From: Amoebophrya sp. A120
Taxonomy: Eukaryota > Protista > Dinoflagellata
Direction: 5' to 3'
Assembly: GCA_905178155.1 (NCBI GenBank)
Contig: CAJINV010000013.1
Span: forward strand, 1,740,281 to 1,804,280
DNA length: 64,000 bases
Under the pieces are notes generated by a model. That model worked only from the letters and a program-made list of their open reading frames with translations. It ran no database searches and was not told the DNA's origin. Below, piece after piece: positions 45,590 through 60,500 of this stretch (position 1 is the first letter of the stretch; each line of letters starts with the position of its first letter). Position numbers and translations under genes: made by a program.

Positions 45590-48500
45590 ATGCTAGAAAC
45601 AGAGCCGCCGTCTTTGACTTCTCCCTGTCGCAGGGGTGCGAATCGTGGTGATTGTCTTCGTTTATCCCGGGAAGGTGAACCCTCTCGGGAAAATGGAGAC
45701 GGTTGCCGCGGTGTTGATGCACTTTCTGTGGCGGGAGAATGTAAAACACCTGCACAGGACGAGCAGCCTCATGGGGCGATCATGATGTCAACGAGCAGAA
45801 GAAGACACAACACTTCTACGTTATTCCCTTCCGACGGGAGTGGACGCCTGTCGGTCGGGAATTCGACTTCTTCGAGCTCAAGTTGTTCTAATTTCCGGAA
45901 CAAGAACACATCAACGCAGGATGTTTTGGAAGAAGACGTGTTTTCAAGAAAAAACCACGCAAGGATAATTTTTACCGATGTTGGAGGAAACAAAAACAAA
46001 AGTGGAAACAACAACAAGCAGAGGATATTACCGCAGCTGGAACGCGATTCGGAGTGGACGCCGAAGCGCAGATGCAGCAGCAGTACGTCTTCTAGCAGTT
46101 GTGTCAACAACATTTCCACGTCCTCCTCATCAAATCTCATGCGAGAAGATGAGATGAAGAATTATAGTCACTTCTACCCCTCAAGAAGGAGAAGGCGATC
46201 GAGAATAAACGACCAAAACCTCTTTTCTTGGCGGAGACGGAGAACCACCACCACTTTCGACCCCGGAAGTAGTATATTTCCATGCGGTGCGAAGTTCTCT
46301 TGCGGCGGCGACGCGAATAAAACGCAGCAGCTGCAAGTAGTAGACAGAAAAAATTCTCCAGCGGGTAAAAATAGCTGCGCAGAAATGTTGAGGTGTGCAT
46401 CAACATCATCAGAAAGGAGAAGTGCTTGCTTCTCGTCCTCCATTTTGGAGATAGAAGAAGGAGAAATAACCCTAGCGCGAAGATCAACAGCACCGAGGAA
46501 AACAAGCAGACAGACTTCTGACCAGAAGGACTACAATGACTACAGCAAGAACCACAACAGCCAGTCGTTTTTCGGGAAGTTTCTGTTCGCTTTTTTCCTT
46601 TTCTTCCAGCTGTTCTTCCTCCAAGCCGACGCGTTTGTCCTGGTTAGTAACTACGGTGACATCACGCTGTTGGGTCCGGTGGACATTGACCCGGCACTGG
46701 AGGACCCGAAGATCAACTTCAGGAAGGACGGTTTGATTAAATGGACGCTGAAGACCATGAACAAATACACCATGGCCGCGGCCAACATCGGGCAGGATCT
46801 GGTCGTCTCCGGGGGCGTGGGCATGGCGGACATGCTGATCATAACCCCGGACGCGAGGGCGTTCTTCAACACGACGCTATCCGTTTTCAACAAGGTTGAG
46901 TTCGGCGACGACCTGCGGGTGTTCAAACAGACCACTTTAGGGGACAAGCTATCCGTGACGGACGTGGTCCACCTGGGTGAGGAGGTGTCCGTGGCGCAGT
47001 CCGCGTACCTCGGGTTCCGGTTGTCCGTGTTCGGGCACGTAGACTGCGGCTCGACCTGCACGGTGACGAACTGGTGCTATTTGGGGTCGAGTCTCTCCGT
47101 GAACCAGTTTGTCCGGATGGGATCCACCTTGTCCGTGCGCTCGTTCGCGCGACTAGGGTCGTACCTGTCCGTCGGTTCGTACCAACGGCTGGGCTCGGCG
47201 CTCTCCGTGTTCGGAACGGTGCGGTTCGGGAGCAGTTACTCAGTGTTGGATTTCGTCAGCATGAGCAGTTCGCTGTCCGTCGCGTCGTTCGCGCGGCTGG
47301 GGCAGGCACTGACGCTGTACGAGCAGGCGCGGTTGGGGTCGTCCCTCTCGTGCCTGGACTTCGTGCAGATGGGTTCCATGTTGTCGATCCGAAGTCTGAT
47401 GCGGATGGGGAGTACCTTCTCGGTGTACGGGATTGCGAACCTCGGGTCCGCGCTGTCCGTGCTGGACTTCGCGCACATGGGTTCGTCCTTGTCCCTGCGG
47501 GCCTTTCAGCGCGGCGGTTCGACCATCTCCGTCTACGGGCTGGCGCGACTCGGGTCCACGCTGTCCGTGCTGGACTTCGTGCACTTGGGGTCCAGTATTT
47601 CCCTAAGGTCCTTCCTGCAAGTGGGCTCGAGCATCTCGATCTACGGCTTCTCCAGTCTGGGCTCGAGCTTGTCGATTCTGGACTTCGTCAGCTTCGGGTC
47701 AAGTGCCAGTTTGCGCAGCATGGTACGCATCGGCAGTGCACTCAGTGTGTACGGGATGAGCAGGTACAATAAATGCACTTTCTGTAGTTAGCGAAAATGA
47801 TTTTTTTACCATGCGCGATAGCGATTGCTTTGTCAAAGAACAAAAACGAAGACTTTTTGTAGCCGTCACGCAGTTATCTGCGTTGACAGTAAATGTTGCC
47901 GCTAGCATGCATTGACGAACTTTTCACTTGCAACAAAACTTCCATGTACATCAATCTAAATGAACCCACCAAAATTCTTCTAAAAAACCAGATTCGGCTC
48001 GTCGCTCTCCCTGCTGGACAACATTTCGTGCGGCTCAAGTCTTTCCCTGAGAACCTTCCTCCGGTTCGGAAGCTCCATGTCGGTGTACGGGTTGGCCAAG
48101 ATTGGGTCCTCCTTTTCCATCCTGGATTACACGCAAATAGGCTCGGCCATGTCCGTGAGGAATTTCAGCCGCATCGGCTCCGCGCTCTCCGTGTACGGCA
48201 TTGCGAGGTTAGGTAGCGGCTTATCCGTGCTGGACTACTTCCACCTGGGTTCCAGTCTGTCCTGCCGAGGCTTCGCGCGTTCAGGGTCAAGTCTTTCCGT
48301 CTACGGAATCGGCTTCCTCGGGTCCTGCCTGTCGCTGCTAGACACCGTGCAGCTCGGGTCGACGCTGTCCGTCCGAAGTTTCGCGCGCATGGGAAGTTCG
48401 CTCTCCGTGTACGGTTTCAGTAGGATCGGGTCCTGCTTGTCCTTGTTGGACGCCGGGCACGTCGGATCCACGCTGTCGTTGCGGAACTTCGCGAGGCTGG

Positions 48501-51500
48501 GGTCCTCCATGTCCGTGTTCGGCATGCTGAGACTAGGATCACAGATGTCCGTGCTGGATTCCATCAGCATGGGCAGCGCGATGTCGCTCCGCGGATTCGC
48601 CAGAGTCGGAAGCTCGTTGTCCGTGTACGGGCTGGTCCGATTCGGATCCCTGCTGTCCGTGTTGGACGCGGTCAGCTTGGGCAGTGGAATGTCGCTCCGA
48701 TGCCTCTCCCGGTTAGGGTCCTCCCTCTCCGTGTACGGGCTAACCAGGTTCGGATCCGTCTTCAGTCTGCTCGACCGGGTGCACATGGGCTCCAGTTTGT
48801 CGCTGCGAACCTTCTTCCGGTGCGGATCGACGTTGTCGGTGTACGGAATGACGAGAATCGCGTCGACTTTGTCCATTCTAGATTGCCTGCACATTGGGTC
48901 GGCGTTGTCGGTGAGGACGTACTTCCGCTTAGGGTCCGGACTCTCCATCTACGGGATGACGAGGCTGGGATCCTCCATGTCGGTGCTGGACTTCGTCCAC
49001 TTGGGCAGCTCGATTTCTTTAAGGAACTACTGCCGGATCGGGTCCAGTCTCTCCGTCTACGGATCTGCCTGGTACGGCAGCGATTTGAGTGTGACCGATT
49101 TCGTCTCGCTGAGCTCGAGCTTGTCCATCCGCGCTTTCGCACGACTCGGGAGCTCCATTTCCGTGTATGGGACGACGAGACTAGGGAGCAGTTTATCTGT
49201 TCTCGATTTCACCAACATGGGCTCCACCTTCTCCGTGCGGAACTTCCTGCGTCTCGGCAGCTCCATCTCCATCTACAGCATCGCGAACCTCGGTTCCATG
49301 CTGTCGGTCCTGGACTACGGCACCTTCGGAAGCGCTTTATCGGTGCGTGGGTTCAGCAGGTGGGGATCGGCGTTGTCGGTGTTCGGAACCTGCAAGCTCG
49401 GATCAACGCTCTCCTTGCTGGACATGGCGACGTTTGGTTCTTCCTTCTCGCTCCGGTGCCTGGCCCGGATCGGGAGTTCCATGTCGCTTTACGGCATGAC
49501 GAGGTGCGGGTCGGCGCTGTCGTTTTTGGACTTTGTCTCCGCGGGATCCAGCATGTCGCTCCGGACGTATTTGAGACTCGGGTCCTCCATCTCCGTCTAC
49601 GGCATTATGAAGATCGGTTCTAACATCTCGACGTTGGACTACCTGGCGTTGGGGTCGACACTGTCAATGAGAAGTTACGCGCGGTTCGGATCCGCTTTGT
49701 CCGTGTACGGAATCGGCCGGATGGGGTCGGTGTTGTCGATCTTGGACAGCTCGCAGCTGGGCAGTTCGCTATCCATTCGCGGGTTCGCCCGGTTGGGATC
49801 GAGCTACAGTGTCTACGGTATGACCTACTTCGGATCCGCGCTGTCCGTCCTGGATTTCATCCACTTCGGGTCCAGTGTGTCGTTCCGAAGCTTCCTCCGG
49901 ATGGGTAAAGAGAAACTGTCCGTCTACGGTATGGTCCGCCTCGGGTCCGCGATGTCGTTGCTGGACCACATCCACGCGGGGTCCAGCTGCTCGTTGCGGA
50001 ACTTTGTCCGGCTCGGGAGCTCCTGCTCGATCTACAGCATGACGCGGATCGGCTTGAACATGAGCGTGTTGGATTTCTCGCACATCGGTAGTTCTCTTTC
50101 CGTGCGAGATTTCGGCCGCTTCGGGTCCGCGATCTCCGTGTTCGGCTGCAGTCGATTCGGATCCACCATGTCGATCCTGGACTGCGTCAGCCTGGGTTCC
50201 GGGATTTCCATCCGCGCGCAGTGCAGACTCGGATCCGCGTTGTCCGTGTACGGACTGGTGAAATTGGGGTCCTGCTTGTCGATTTTGGATTACGTCCAGA
50301 TGGGATCTTCTTTTTCCCTGCGGAATTTCGCCCGCCTGGGATCGAGTTTGTCCATCTACGGCTTCAGCATGCTGGGGTCCGCGATGTCGATCCTCGACTA
50401 TGCGTCGTTCGGGTCCGTCTGCAGTATCCGGGGCTTTTTCCGTGCGGGCTCTGCGTTCTCGGTCTACGGTATTAGCAGGCTAGGATCCAGCTTTTCCGTC
50501 CTGGACTTTGTGAACTTGGGCTCGAGCTTCTCGCTCCGCGGTTTCAGCCGATTAGGATCCTCTTTGTCCGTCTTCGGTGTCAGCAGACTGGGGTCCGCTC
50601 TGTCCGTTCTGGACTGGGGTTTGGTCGGGTCCGCGATGTCCGTCCGAGGGTTCTGCCGGCTGGGAAGCTCCATGTCCATCTTCGAGCTGTGCCGACTGGG
50701 GTCCGCGATCTCGTCGCTGGACTACTTGTTATTAGGTTCGGCCATCTCAATCCGCAGCTTTTCGAGGCTAGGGTCCAGCGTGTCCGTGTTCGGGATCAGC
50801 AAGCTCGGGTCCAGCTTATCCGTGCTGGACTTCATCAACTTCGGATCAACTTTGTCGTTGAGGAACTTCTCCCGCCTGGGGTCAAGTGCTTCAGTATACG
50901 GCATGATGTACGCCGCGAGCAGCATCTCCATTCTGGACTTCGTGCAGTTCGGGTCGTCGATGTCCCTGATGAGCTTCTGCCGATTAGGATCCGCGTTATC
51001 GCTTTATGGATGCGGACGATTCGGGTCGAACTTGTCGATTCTGGACTACGTCACGCTCGGATCCTCGCTGTCGCTCCGGTCCTTCATGCGGATCGGGTCC
51101 ACCATGTCGCTGTACGGCATGCTGCGATGCGGCTCGCAGTACTCGATTCTGGATTTCATCAGCTTCGGGTCGGCTGTGTCGCTCCGGTCCTTTTCCCGAA
51201 TCGGGTCGGCCTGCAGCGTGTACGGAATGGTGCGGATGGGATCGATGCTGTCGGTCTTAGACAACATCCACTTGGGATCATCTTTATCCGTTCGCAGCTT
51301 CCTGCGCATGGGGTCCTGCCTGTCCATGTACGGCGTCGCGAGACTAGGATCGAACATCTCGGTCTTGGACTACGCGCAGATCGGGTCCTCGATGTCGACC
51401 CGGGCGTGCGCGCGGTTCGGCAGCACCATGAGTGTCTACGGTATGTGCCGGATCGGGTCCCAGATGTCCGTTTTGGATCACTTCCATCTCGGTAGTTGCG

Positions 51501-54500
51501 CGAGTCTGCGAACCTTCCTGCGCGGCGGGGACAGCATTTCCGTCTACGGGCTGGGTCGGTTCGGCTCCGGTATGAGCGTGTTGGATTACGTCAGCCTGGC
51601 GTCCAGCTTCTCGATTCGGTCGTTCGCGAGATTGGGGTCTTCGATCTCCGTGTACGGTATTGGAAGATTTTCCAGCAGCATGTCCGTGCTGGACTTCACG
51701 TTGATGGGCTCCGCGGTGTCCATCCGGAACTTCTTCCGCATGGGATCCGTGTGCAGTGTGTACGGCATGATGCGGCTCGGGTCGAGCATGTCCGCGCTGG
51801 ACTTTATGCACCTGGGGTCGTCGATCTCTGTGCGATCGATGGTGCGACTCGGGTCCTCCGCGTCCGTCTACGGTCTCGCGCGACTCGGGTCCGCCATGAG
51901 TTGCTTGGACATGATCGGATTAGGGTCCGTCTTGTCCATCCGGTCCTTCGGGCGGTTCGGGTCTGCGCTGTCTTTATACGGTCTGATGCGGGTCGGATCC
52001 AGCATGTCGGTGCTGGACTACGTCAACTTCGGCAGTTCGATGTCGCTGCGGTCCTTTGGCAGGTTAGGTTCGACTTTGTCGATCTTCGGCATCGGCAGGT
52101 TCGGGTCCAGTTTGTCCGTGCTGGACAGCGTCTTCCTGGGCTCCTCCTTCTCGATCAAGAGCTTTATGCGATTGGGAAGCACGGCCTCCGTCTACGGTTA
52201 CATGAAGTTGGGTTCCAGCTGCTCGGTGTTGGACTTTTTAACACTAGGTTCCGCCGTGTCCCTCCGTGGGTTCTGCAGGATCGGATCCTCCTTCTCCGTC
52301 TTCGGACTCGCACAACTAGGATCGCAGATGTCGTTGCTGGACTACGTCACCCTCGGTTCGGCTTTGTCTCTGCGCTCGTGGGCCAGACTGGGGTCAACAC
52401 TGTCCGTGTACGGGTGCAGCCGATTGGGGAGCAGCATGTCTATTCTGGACTACGTGCACTTGGGAAGTTCCATGTCGCTGCAGGCGTTCTACAGATTGGG
52501 AAGTTCCATGTCGACCTACGGAAGTTCCTACTTCAGCCAGGAGTTGTCGGTGCAGATGTGGGTTGCGATTTCGTCGTCGCTGTCCGTCCGGTCGTTCTCG
52601 CGCCTCGGATCCTCGGTGTCCGTGTACGGCATTTCGCGGTTCGGGTCCGCGTGCAGTATCTTAGACGCGATCAGCCTCGGGTCGAGTTTCAGTATCCGAT
52701 CCTTCAGCCGGATGGGATCCACTTTGTCCGTGTACGGGCTTGCCAGGCTCGGTTCTGCGATCTCCATTCTGGACGTTGCGCACGTCGGCAGCAGTTTGTC
52801 CGTGAGGAGTTACATCCGCGCCGGCGCGTTCTCCGTGAAGGACTACACGAGGTTAGCGTCCACGCTGTCCGTCCGGGCCTACGTCCGGATTGGTTCTGCG
52901 CTGTCCGTGATGGGCACAGCCAGGTGCGGGTCCACGCTCTCCTGTCTCGACTGGTGGCACGTGGGCAGCTCGCTGTCCATCCGAAGCTACGGCCGCTGCG
53001 GGTCATCGATGTCCGTGTTCGGGCTGGCCCGCCTTGCGTCCGGCCTGTCCGTGCTGGACTTCGTGCACTTCGGTTCCGCACTGTCCTGCCGCAGCTTCAG
53101 CCGCCTGGGGTCCGCGTTGTCCGTGTACGGCCTGGCGGTGCTGGGGTCGACCGTCTCCATTCTGGACTGCATGATGCTGGGTTCCAGTTTCTCCGCGCGA
53201 ACGTTTTCGCGGTTCGGTAGCTCCATGTCGCTGTACGGGTGCGCCCGGTTCGGTTCCGCTCTATCCCTCCTCGACTACGCACACTTCGGGTCGATGTTCT
53301 CTCTGCGAAACTTCGCCCGGATGGGCAGCTTCTGCTCCATCTACGGTGTGACAAGGCTCGGGTCGAGTGTGTCCGTGCTGGACTTCTTCTCCCTCGGGTC
53401 GACTCTGTCGCTTCGTGGGTTCGTGCGCATGGGATCAAGTCTATCGATCTACGGTTTGAGCAAGTTAGGATCCAGTTTATCGACCCTGGACTACATCAGC
53501 TTTGGATCCAGCTTGTCGCTGCGGAGCTTCTCCCGGTGCGGCTCTTCCTGCAGCGCGTACGGCATGTTCCGGTTCGGGAGCAGCTTGTCTATGGTGGACT
53601 ACTTCCACATGGGGTCCGCGTTCTCCCTCCGAGGATTCGCACGAATGGGAAGTGCTTTGTCGATTTTCGGCATTGCGCGCCTGTCCTCCGCGGTCTCTAT
53701 CCTGGACTACGTGATCATGGCGAGTTCGCTGTCCCTGCGTAACTTCGCCCGCCTCGGGTCCGCGTTCTCGCTGTACGGCGTCGCGCGATTAGGGTCATCC
53801 ATGTCCTGCCTGGATTTCGTGCACCTGGGGTCCGCGATGAGCTGCAGAAGCTTTGTCCGGTTCGGCTCGAGTCTCTCCGTGTACGGGTTTACGAACATTG
53901 GGTCCGCGTTTTCGATCCTCGACGCTGTCACCTTCGGGTCCAGTCTGTCGATGCGCGGGTTCGCAAGATTAGGGTCGTCTTTGTCCGTGTTCGGTCTGTC
54001 CAAGTGCGGATCGTCTTTATCCGTCCTCGACTACATCACGTTCGGGTCCGCGTTCAGTATGCGCAGCTTCGCCCGCATGGGATCCACCATGTCGGTCTAC
54101 GGATTGCTGCGGATCGGCTCCGGGATGTCGATTCTGGACCACAGTTCCTTCGGTAGCTCGTTGTCCATCCGCGGGTTCGTGCGACTCGGGAAGACGATTT
54201 CCGTCTACGGATTTTCTTCTTTAGGTTCCGCAGTGTCGATTCTGGATCAGACCAGCTTCGGGTCTGCGCTCTCCGTCCGTTCGTTCGCGCGGATGGGCAG
54301 CGCCTGCAGCGTGTACGGCTTCAGCACCTTCGGGTCCAGCATGTCGGTGCTCGACTGCGTACACCTCGGCTCCGCACTCTCGATCCGCACGTTGGCCCGA
54401 CTCGGCTCCGCGGTTTCGATGTACGGGCTGGGGTTCTTTGGAAGTTCCATGTCGATCTTGGACTACACGATGCTCGGGTCTGCGTTGTCGGTTAGAACGC

Positions 54501-57500
54501 TATCGCGATTTGGATCCGCGCTCTCCGTATACGGAATCACGCTGATGGGATCGTCGCTCTCCATCCTCGACACCGGCTACATCGGATCCTCGTTTTCCCT
54601 CCGGACGTTCGGCAGGCTAGGGTCCTCGATGTCCGTGTACGGTTTGACCAGCTTCGGGTCCGCGATGTCGCTGCTCGACTTCGCGAGCTTGGGCTCCGGT
54701 CTGTCCGTCCGGTCCTACGCGCGACTGGGTTCGTCCATGTCCGTGTTCGGCTTCGCGCGAATCGGGTCCTCGTTGTCCGTGCTCGACTTCGTGTCCACCG
54801 CAAGCAGCTTCTCGATCCGGTCTATGGCCAGGTTTGGCTCAACTTTATCCGTCTACGGGTTCTGCAAGCTGGGATCCTCGGTTTCCATTCTGGACTACGC
54901 AAACATGGGATCCAGCATGTCCTTGCGAACTTACGCGCGGATGGGCTCGGCTTTGTCCGTGTACGGATTCGTGAAGATGGGATCCGGTTTGTCGATTCTG
55001 GACGCCGCTTGGCTCGGGTCTTCCTTGTCGATCCGATCGCTAGCGAGACTCGGTTCCTCGATGTCTCTGTACGGAATCTGCCGCATGGCCTCGAACTTCT
55101 CGTTACTCGACGCCGGTTCGGTCGGCTCCGCGTTGTCGATTCGGTCCTGCGTCAGGTGGGGCAGCTCGATGTCCGTGTACGGTCTGTCCCGCGTGGGGTC
55201 CTCGATCTCCATCCTGGACTTCGGCAGTTTCGGGAGCAGTCTGTCCTGCCGCAGCTTCCTGCGGTTCGGCAGTTCGATGTCGGTGTACGGGGTCAGCCGG
55301 ATCGGGTCCGGAATGTCGATTCTGGGTGCGGTGTACCTGGGGTCCTCTTTGTCCCTGCGTGCCTGCGCTCGGTTTGGATCTACATTATCCGTCTACGGAT
55401 TCAGCAAGGTCGGGTCCTCCATGTCCGTGCTCGACTTCTTCCACGTCGGGTCGGTCATGAGCGTCCGGTCCATGCTGCGGCTCTCGAGTTCCTGCAGTAT
55501 CTACGGGATTAGCCGGTTCGGATCTTCAGTTTCGTTACTGGATTTCCTGAGCTGCGCGTCGGCCATGTCGGTTCGCTCGATGGCGAGATTGGGCTCTGCT
55601 CTCTCCCTCTACGGCATGAGCTTCTTGGCGTCCTCCGTCTCCATGATGGACTTCATCAACATGGGCTCCTCGATCTCCCTCCGAACCTTCAGTCGCTTCG
55701 GATCCAGTCTCTCCGTCTACGGGGTCACGCTGTTCGGCTCCTCCATGTCGATCCTGGACTTCGTCAACCTCGGGTCGTCCTTCTCGACCCGGAGCTTCGG
55801 CCGGTTCGGCTCGACGCTGTCCCTGTACGGCGTCAGCCGGTGCGGCAGCAACATGTCGCTGTTGGACTTCCTGTGCATCGGAAGCGCTCTGTCCGCACGC
55901 AACGTCGCCCGGTTCGGCAGTTCTCTGTCCGTGTACGGAACGCTGCGATTCGGGAGTGCTCTGTCCGTGCTCGACGTGATCAACGTCGGGTCCGCGATGA
56001 GCATCCGTTCGGTCGTCCGACTGGGGTCCGCGTTGTCCGTGTTCGGATTCAGCCGCCTCGGGTCGAGTTTGTCCGTCCTGGACTTCGTCAGCTTGTCCTC
56101 CAGCCTGTCCCTCCGCGGGTTCTCGCGGTTCGGAAGCAGTATGTCGGCGTACGGGCTGACCAGACTCGGCAGCAGCTTCTCGCTGCTGGACTACTGCCAC
56201 ATCGGATCCAGTGTGTCCATCCGGTCGTTCGCCCGCATCGGGTCGTCTTTCTCGTGCCGCTCGGTGTACGAAGCGCCGGCGATCATCGACGGGGCGTTGC
56301 ACATCGAGGATTACGTGCAGACCTCCAGTACCTTCAGCGTGCGGTCGTTTGTCCGGCTGGGAAGCAGTCTTTCCGTCTACGGCACCGCGCGGCTCGGATC
56401 CGCTCTGTCCGTCCTGGACATGGCCTCGATCGGGTCCGGATTCTCCTGCCGCTCCTTCGTCCGACTCGGGTCGGCGCTGTCGGTGTTTGGCATTAGCCGG
56501 ATGGGCTCGCAGATGTCGCTGCTGGATTTATTGCATATCGGCAGTAGTGTGTCCGTCCGAACGTACGTGCGAATCGGATCCAGTTACTCCGTCTACGGCA
56601 TGGTCCGCATGGGGTCGAGCATGTCGATTCTGGACTTCATGAGTCTGGGCTCCAGCTGCTCCACGAGAACCTTCGCGCGCATCGGCAGCGCCACCTCCGT
56701 GTACGGGTTTTCGCGCCTCGGGTCGGGTTTGTCGGTTCTCGATTACCTGCACTTGGGGTCGTGTCTGTCCGTCCGCAGCTTCGGGCGACTGGGCTCCGCC
56801 TTGTCCGTCTACGGGCTGACACGGATGGGTTCCGGCTTGTCCGTCCTGGACGCGGTGCACCTCGGGTCCGCCATGTCGGTACGCGGATTCGTCCGACTGG
56901 GGTCCAGCTTGTCGGTCTTCGGACTGTCGCGCATGGGCTCCAGCCTGTCGATCCTGGACTACTTCAGCATGGGCAGCAACTTGTCGCTCAGATCCTACAT
57001 CCGCCTCGGATCTTCCATTTCCGTGTTTCAGTCGCGCATCCGACTGGGGGCAAATATGTCTGTGTTGGATTACCTGTTCGTCGGGTCCACGCTGTCCCTG
57101 CGCGGCATGTGCCGCCTCGGTTCCGCCACGTCCGTCTACGGGATGGCGCGCTTCGGGTCCAGCATGTCGCTTTTGGACGCCGTGCACCTCGGTTCCATGC
57201 TGTCGATCCGGAGTTTCGTCCGCATGGGATCCGGTATCTCCGTGTTCGGCCAGGGCCGGTTCGGCGAGCAAATGACGGTCTTCGACTACATGTCGCTCGG
57301 GTCCGCGTTCTCGTGCCGCAGCTTCGCGCGACTAGGATCCTCGATGTCCGTCTACGGATTTGGAAAGTGCGGCTCCTGCTTTTCCATCCTCGACGCGGTG
57401 CACATGGGCAGCTGTCTGTCGATCCGGAACTGGGGAAGGCTAGGTTCCGCTGTCTCCGTCTACGGATTGTCGAGATTGGGTTCCAGCTTGTCGGTGCTCG

Positions 57501-60500
57501 ACTTCACCTCGATGGGAAGCTCGATGTCCTGCCGCGGATTCTTGCGGCTCGGCTCCGCCATGTCGATGTACGGCATGCTGCGAGTCGGATCGAACATGAG
57601 CCTGTTGGACTTCCTGCAGATTGGGTCCGCGATTTCCGTCCGGAACTTGGCGAGATTGGGATCCTCCCTGTCGCTGTACGGCATGTGCCGCATGTCCAGC
57701 AACTGTTCGCTGCTCGACATGTTCCACATCGGCAGCTCCATGTCGGTGCGCATGTTCTGCCGCGTGGGGTCTGCTTTGTCCGTCTACGGGATGGGCCGGT
57801 TCGGAAGTTGCCTGAGCGTTTTGGATATGCTGTCGTTGTCGTCGAGTTTGTCGATCCGCAACTTCGCGCGCATGGGCAGCAGTTGCTCGGTGTACGGCAT
57901 GACCAGGATCAGCTCCTGCATGTCGTTGCTCGACTTCTTGCAGATTGGTTCCGGGATGTCGATCCGGAACGTCGCGCGATTAGGATCGTCCCTGTCCGTC
58001 TACGGTATGGCAAGACTGGGATCGAACCTGAGCTTGCTGGACATGATGTCGCTCGGGTCCAGTCTCTCCGTCCGAAACTTCGCGCGCATGGGGTCCGCGT
58101 CCTCCATCTACGGCATGGCACGCATGGGAAGCTGCATGAGCATCTTGGACTTCGTGCAAATCGGGTCTGGGTTGAGCATGCGCAACTTCGCGCGACTCGG
58201 CTCTAGTTGCTCCGCGTTCGGCATGAGCCGGTTGGGCAGCTGCATGTCGGTGCTGGACTTCGTGAACATCGGGTCTGGGTTCTCCGTCCGGAACTTCTCC
58301 CGACTGGGCAGCTCGCTTTCCGTCTACGGAATGGTCCGGTTCGCGTCCAGCTGCTCGTTGCTCGACGCCTGCCAGGTCGGCAGCAGCATTTCCGTCCGAA
58401 ACTTCGCTCGGTTCGGCTCTGCGCTGTCCGTTTACGGCATGGCGCGGTTCGGATCCAGTCTGTCGTTGCTCGACAGCGCCGCGATTGGCTCCTGCTGCTC
58501 AGTGCGCAACTTCGTCCGCATCGGAAGTAGTCTCAGCGTGTACGGAATCTCGAGATTGTCAAGCGCGGTTTCCATTCTGGACTTCGTGCAGCTCGGCTCC
58601 AGCATCTCCGTCCGGAACTTTGCGCGATTGGGCTCCTCCCTCTCCGTCTACGGAACCTTGCGACTGTCCAGCGGCATGTCGTTGCTCGACTTTTTGCACG
58701 TAGGCTCTGGAATGTCGCTGCGCAACTTCGCCCGCATGGGCAGCTCCTGCTCCGTCTACGGCATCGTCCGAATGGGCTCGCAGATCTCGCTGCTCGACTG
58801 GTTCGCGCTCGGATCCTCCTGCAGCATCAGGAACTGCGCGAGACTCGGGTCGTCCCTCTCCGTCTACGGAATGGTGCGGTTCGCGTCCTGCCTGTCGGTG
58901 CTCGACGCGGTGCATCTGTCCAGCTGTTTGTCCCTGCGCAACTACTGCCGCATGGGAAGTTCGCTGTCCGTGTACGGAATCACGCGGTTTGGGTCCGGCA
59001 TGTCGGTGCTGGACTTGTTCCACGTCGGCAGCTCGTGCAGTGTCCGGCAACTCGTCCGTTTGGGGTCCTCGCTGTCCGTGTACGGCATGGCCAAATTCGG
59101 GTCCTCCATCTCCACGCTGGATTTTCTCCATTTGGGCTCTATGCTGTCCGTCCGGACCTACACGCGCCTCGGGTCCTCGGTTTCGGTCTTCGGAATCGCA
59201 AGGCTTTCCTCCGCGATCTCGATTTTAGATTACTGCGTGCTGTCGTCGGCTGTCTCTGTCCGCAGCTTCTTGCGGCTCGGCAGCTCGATGTCGGTATTCG
59301 GTACCACCAAACTCGGATCCGCAATGTCCGTCCTCGACTTCGTGGCGATCGGCAGTTCCATCTCCGTCCGCTGCTTGGCCAGGATGGGCAGCGCGATGAG
59401 CGTGTACGGCATGATGCGGTTTGGTTCCGGCATGTCGATCTTGGATTTCGTCACCATGGGGTCAAGCTTGTCTCTGCGGAACTTCAGCCGATTAGGTTCT
59501 AGCATGTCCGTGTTCGGAATGGCGAGAATCGGCTCGAATGTGTCACTGCTGGACTTCATCAGCTGCGGCTCCAGCTGCAGTGTCCGAAACTTCGCGCGCC
59601 TCGGGTCCGCGCTGTCTTTGTACGGAATCGCGAGAGTGGGTTCGAATCTTTCCGTTTTGGACTTCGCGCACCTGTCGAGTTCCATTTCCATCCGCAACTA
59701 CTGCCGGGTGGGAAGCAGTCTGTCCGTGTACGGAATGACAAGGCTCGCCTCCGCGATCTCTCTGCTGGACTTGCTGCACCTCGGTAGCAGCTTTTCCATG
59801 CGGGGATTCGCGCGACTGGGATCCAGTTTGTCGGTCTTCGGGATCGCAAGACTGAGTTCTTCCATCTCCGCGCTCGACTTCTGCCACTTCGGTAGCAGCT
59901 TGTCGGTGAGAAGCTTCGCCCGGTTCGGCAGCTCGCTTTCCGTGTTCGGACTCGCGAAGTTCTCCAGCTCCGTGTCGATGCTGGACTTCGTCAGCTTGGG
60001 AAGCAGTTTGTCCCTCCGCTCCTTTGCCCGCCTCGGGTCCACGCTGTCCGTGTTCGGGTGCGCCCGGATGGGAAGTGCGATTTCGGTTCTCGACTGGTTC
60101 CACATGGGCTCCAGCTACAGCATGCGCAGCTTCGGGAGGTTGGGATCATCGCTGTCCATGTACGGGCAGTTGCGACTCGGCTCCTCCATGTCCATGTTGG
60201 ACATGCTGGTCCTCGGTTCCAGCCTGTCCATGCGCCACTACGGGCGGTGCGGATCGGCGTGCAGCATCTACGGAACGGCGAGGCTTGGGTCCTCGATGTC
60301 CATGCTGGACTTCATGCTCGCGGGCTCTAGCATTTCCATCCGCGCGTTCGGCCGTCTGGGCTCCGCGTTGTCGGTGTACGGAATCTCGAGACTGGGCAGC
60401 GGACTGTCTTTATTGGATTTGGTCCACACCAGCTCCTCGATGTCGCTGCGCAGCTTCGCACGGGTCGGATCTTCCATGTCCATCTATGGCTTGGTCCGAC

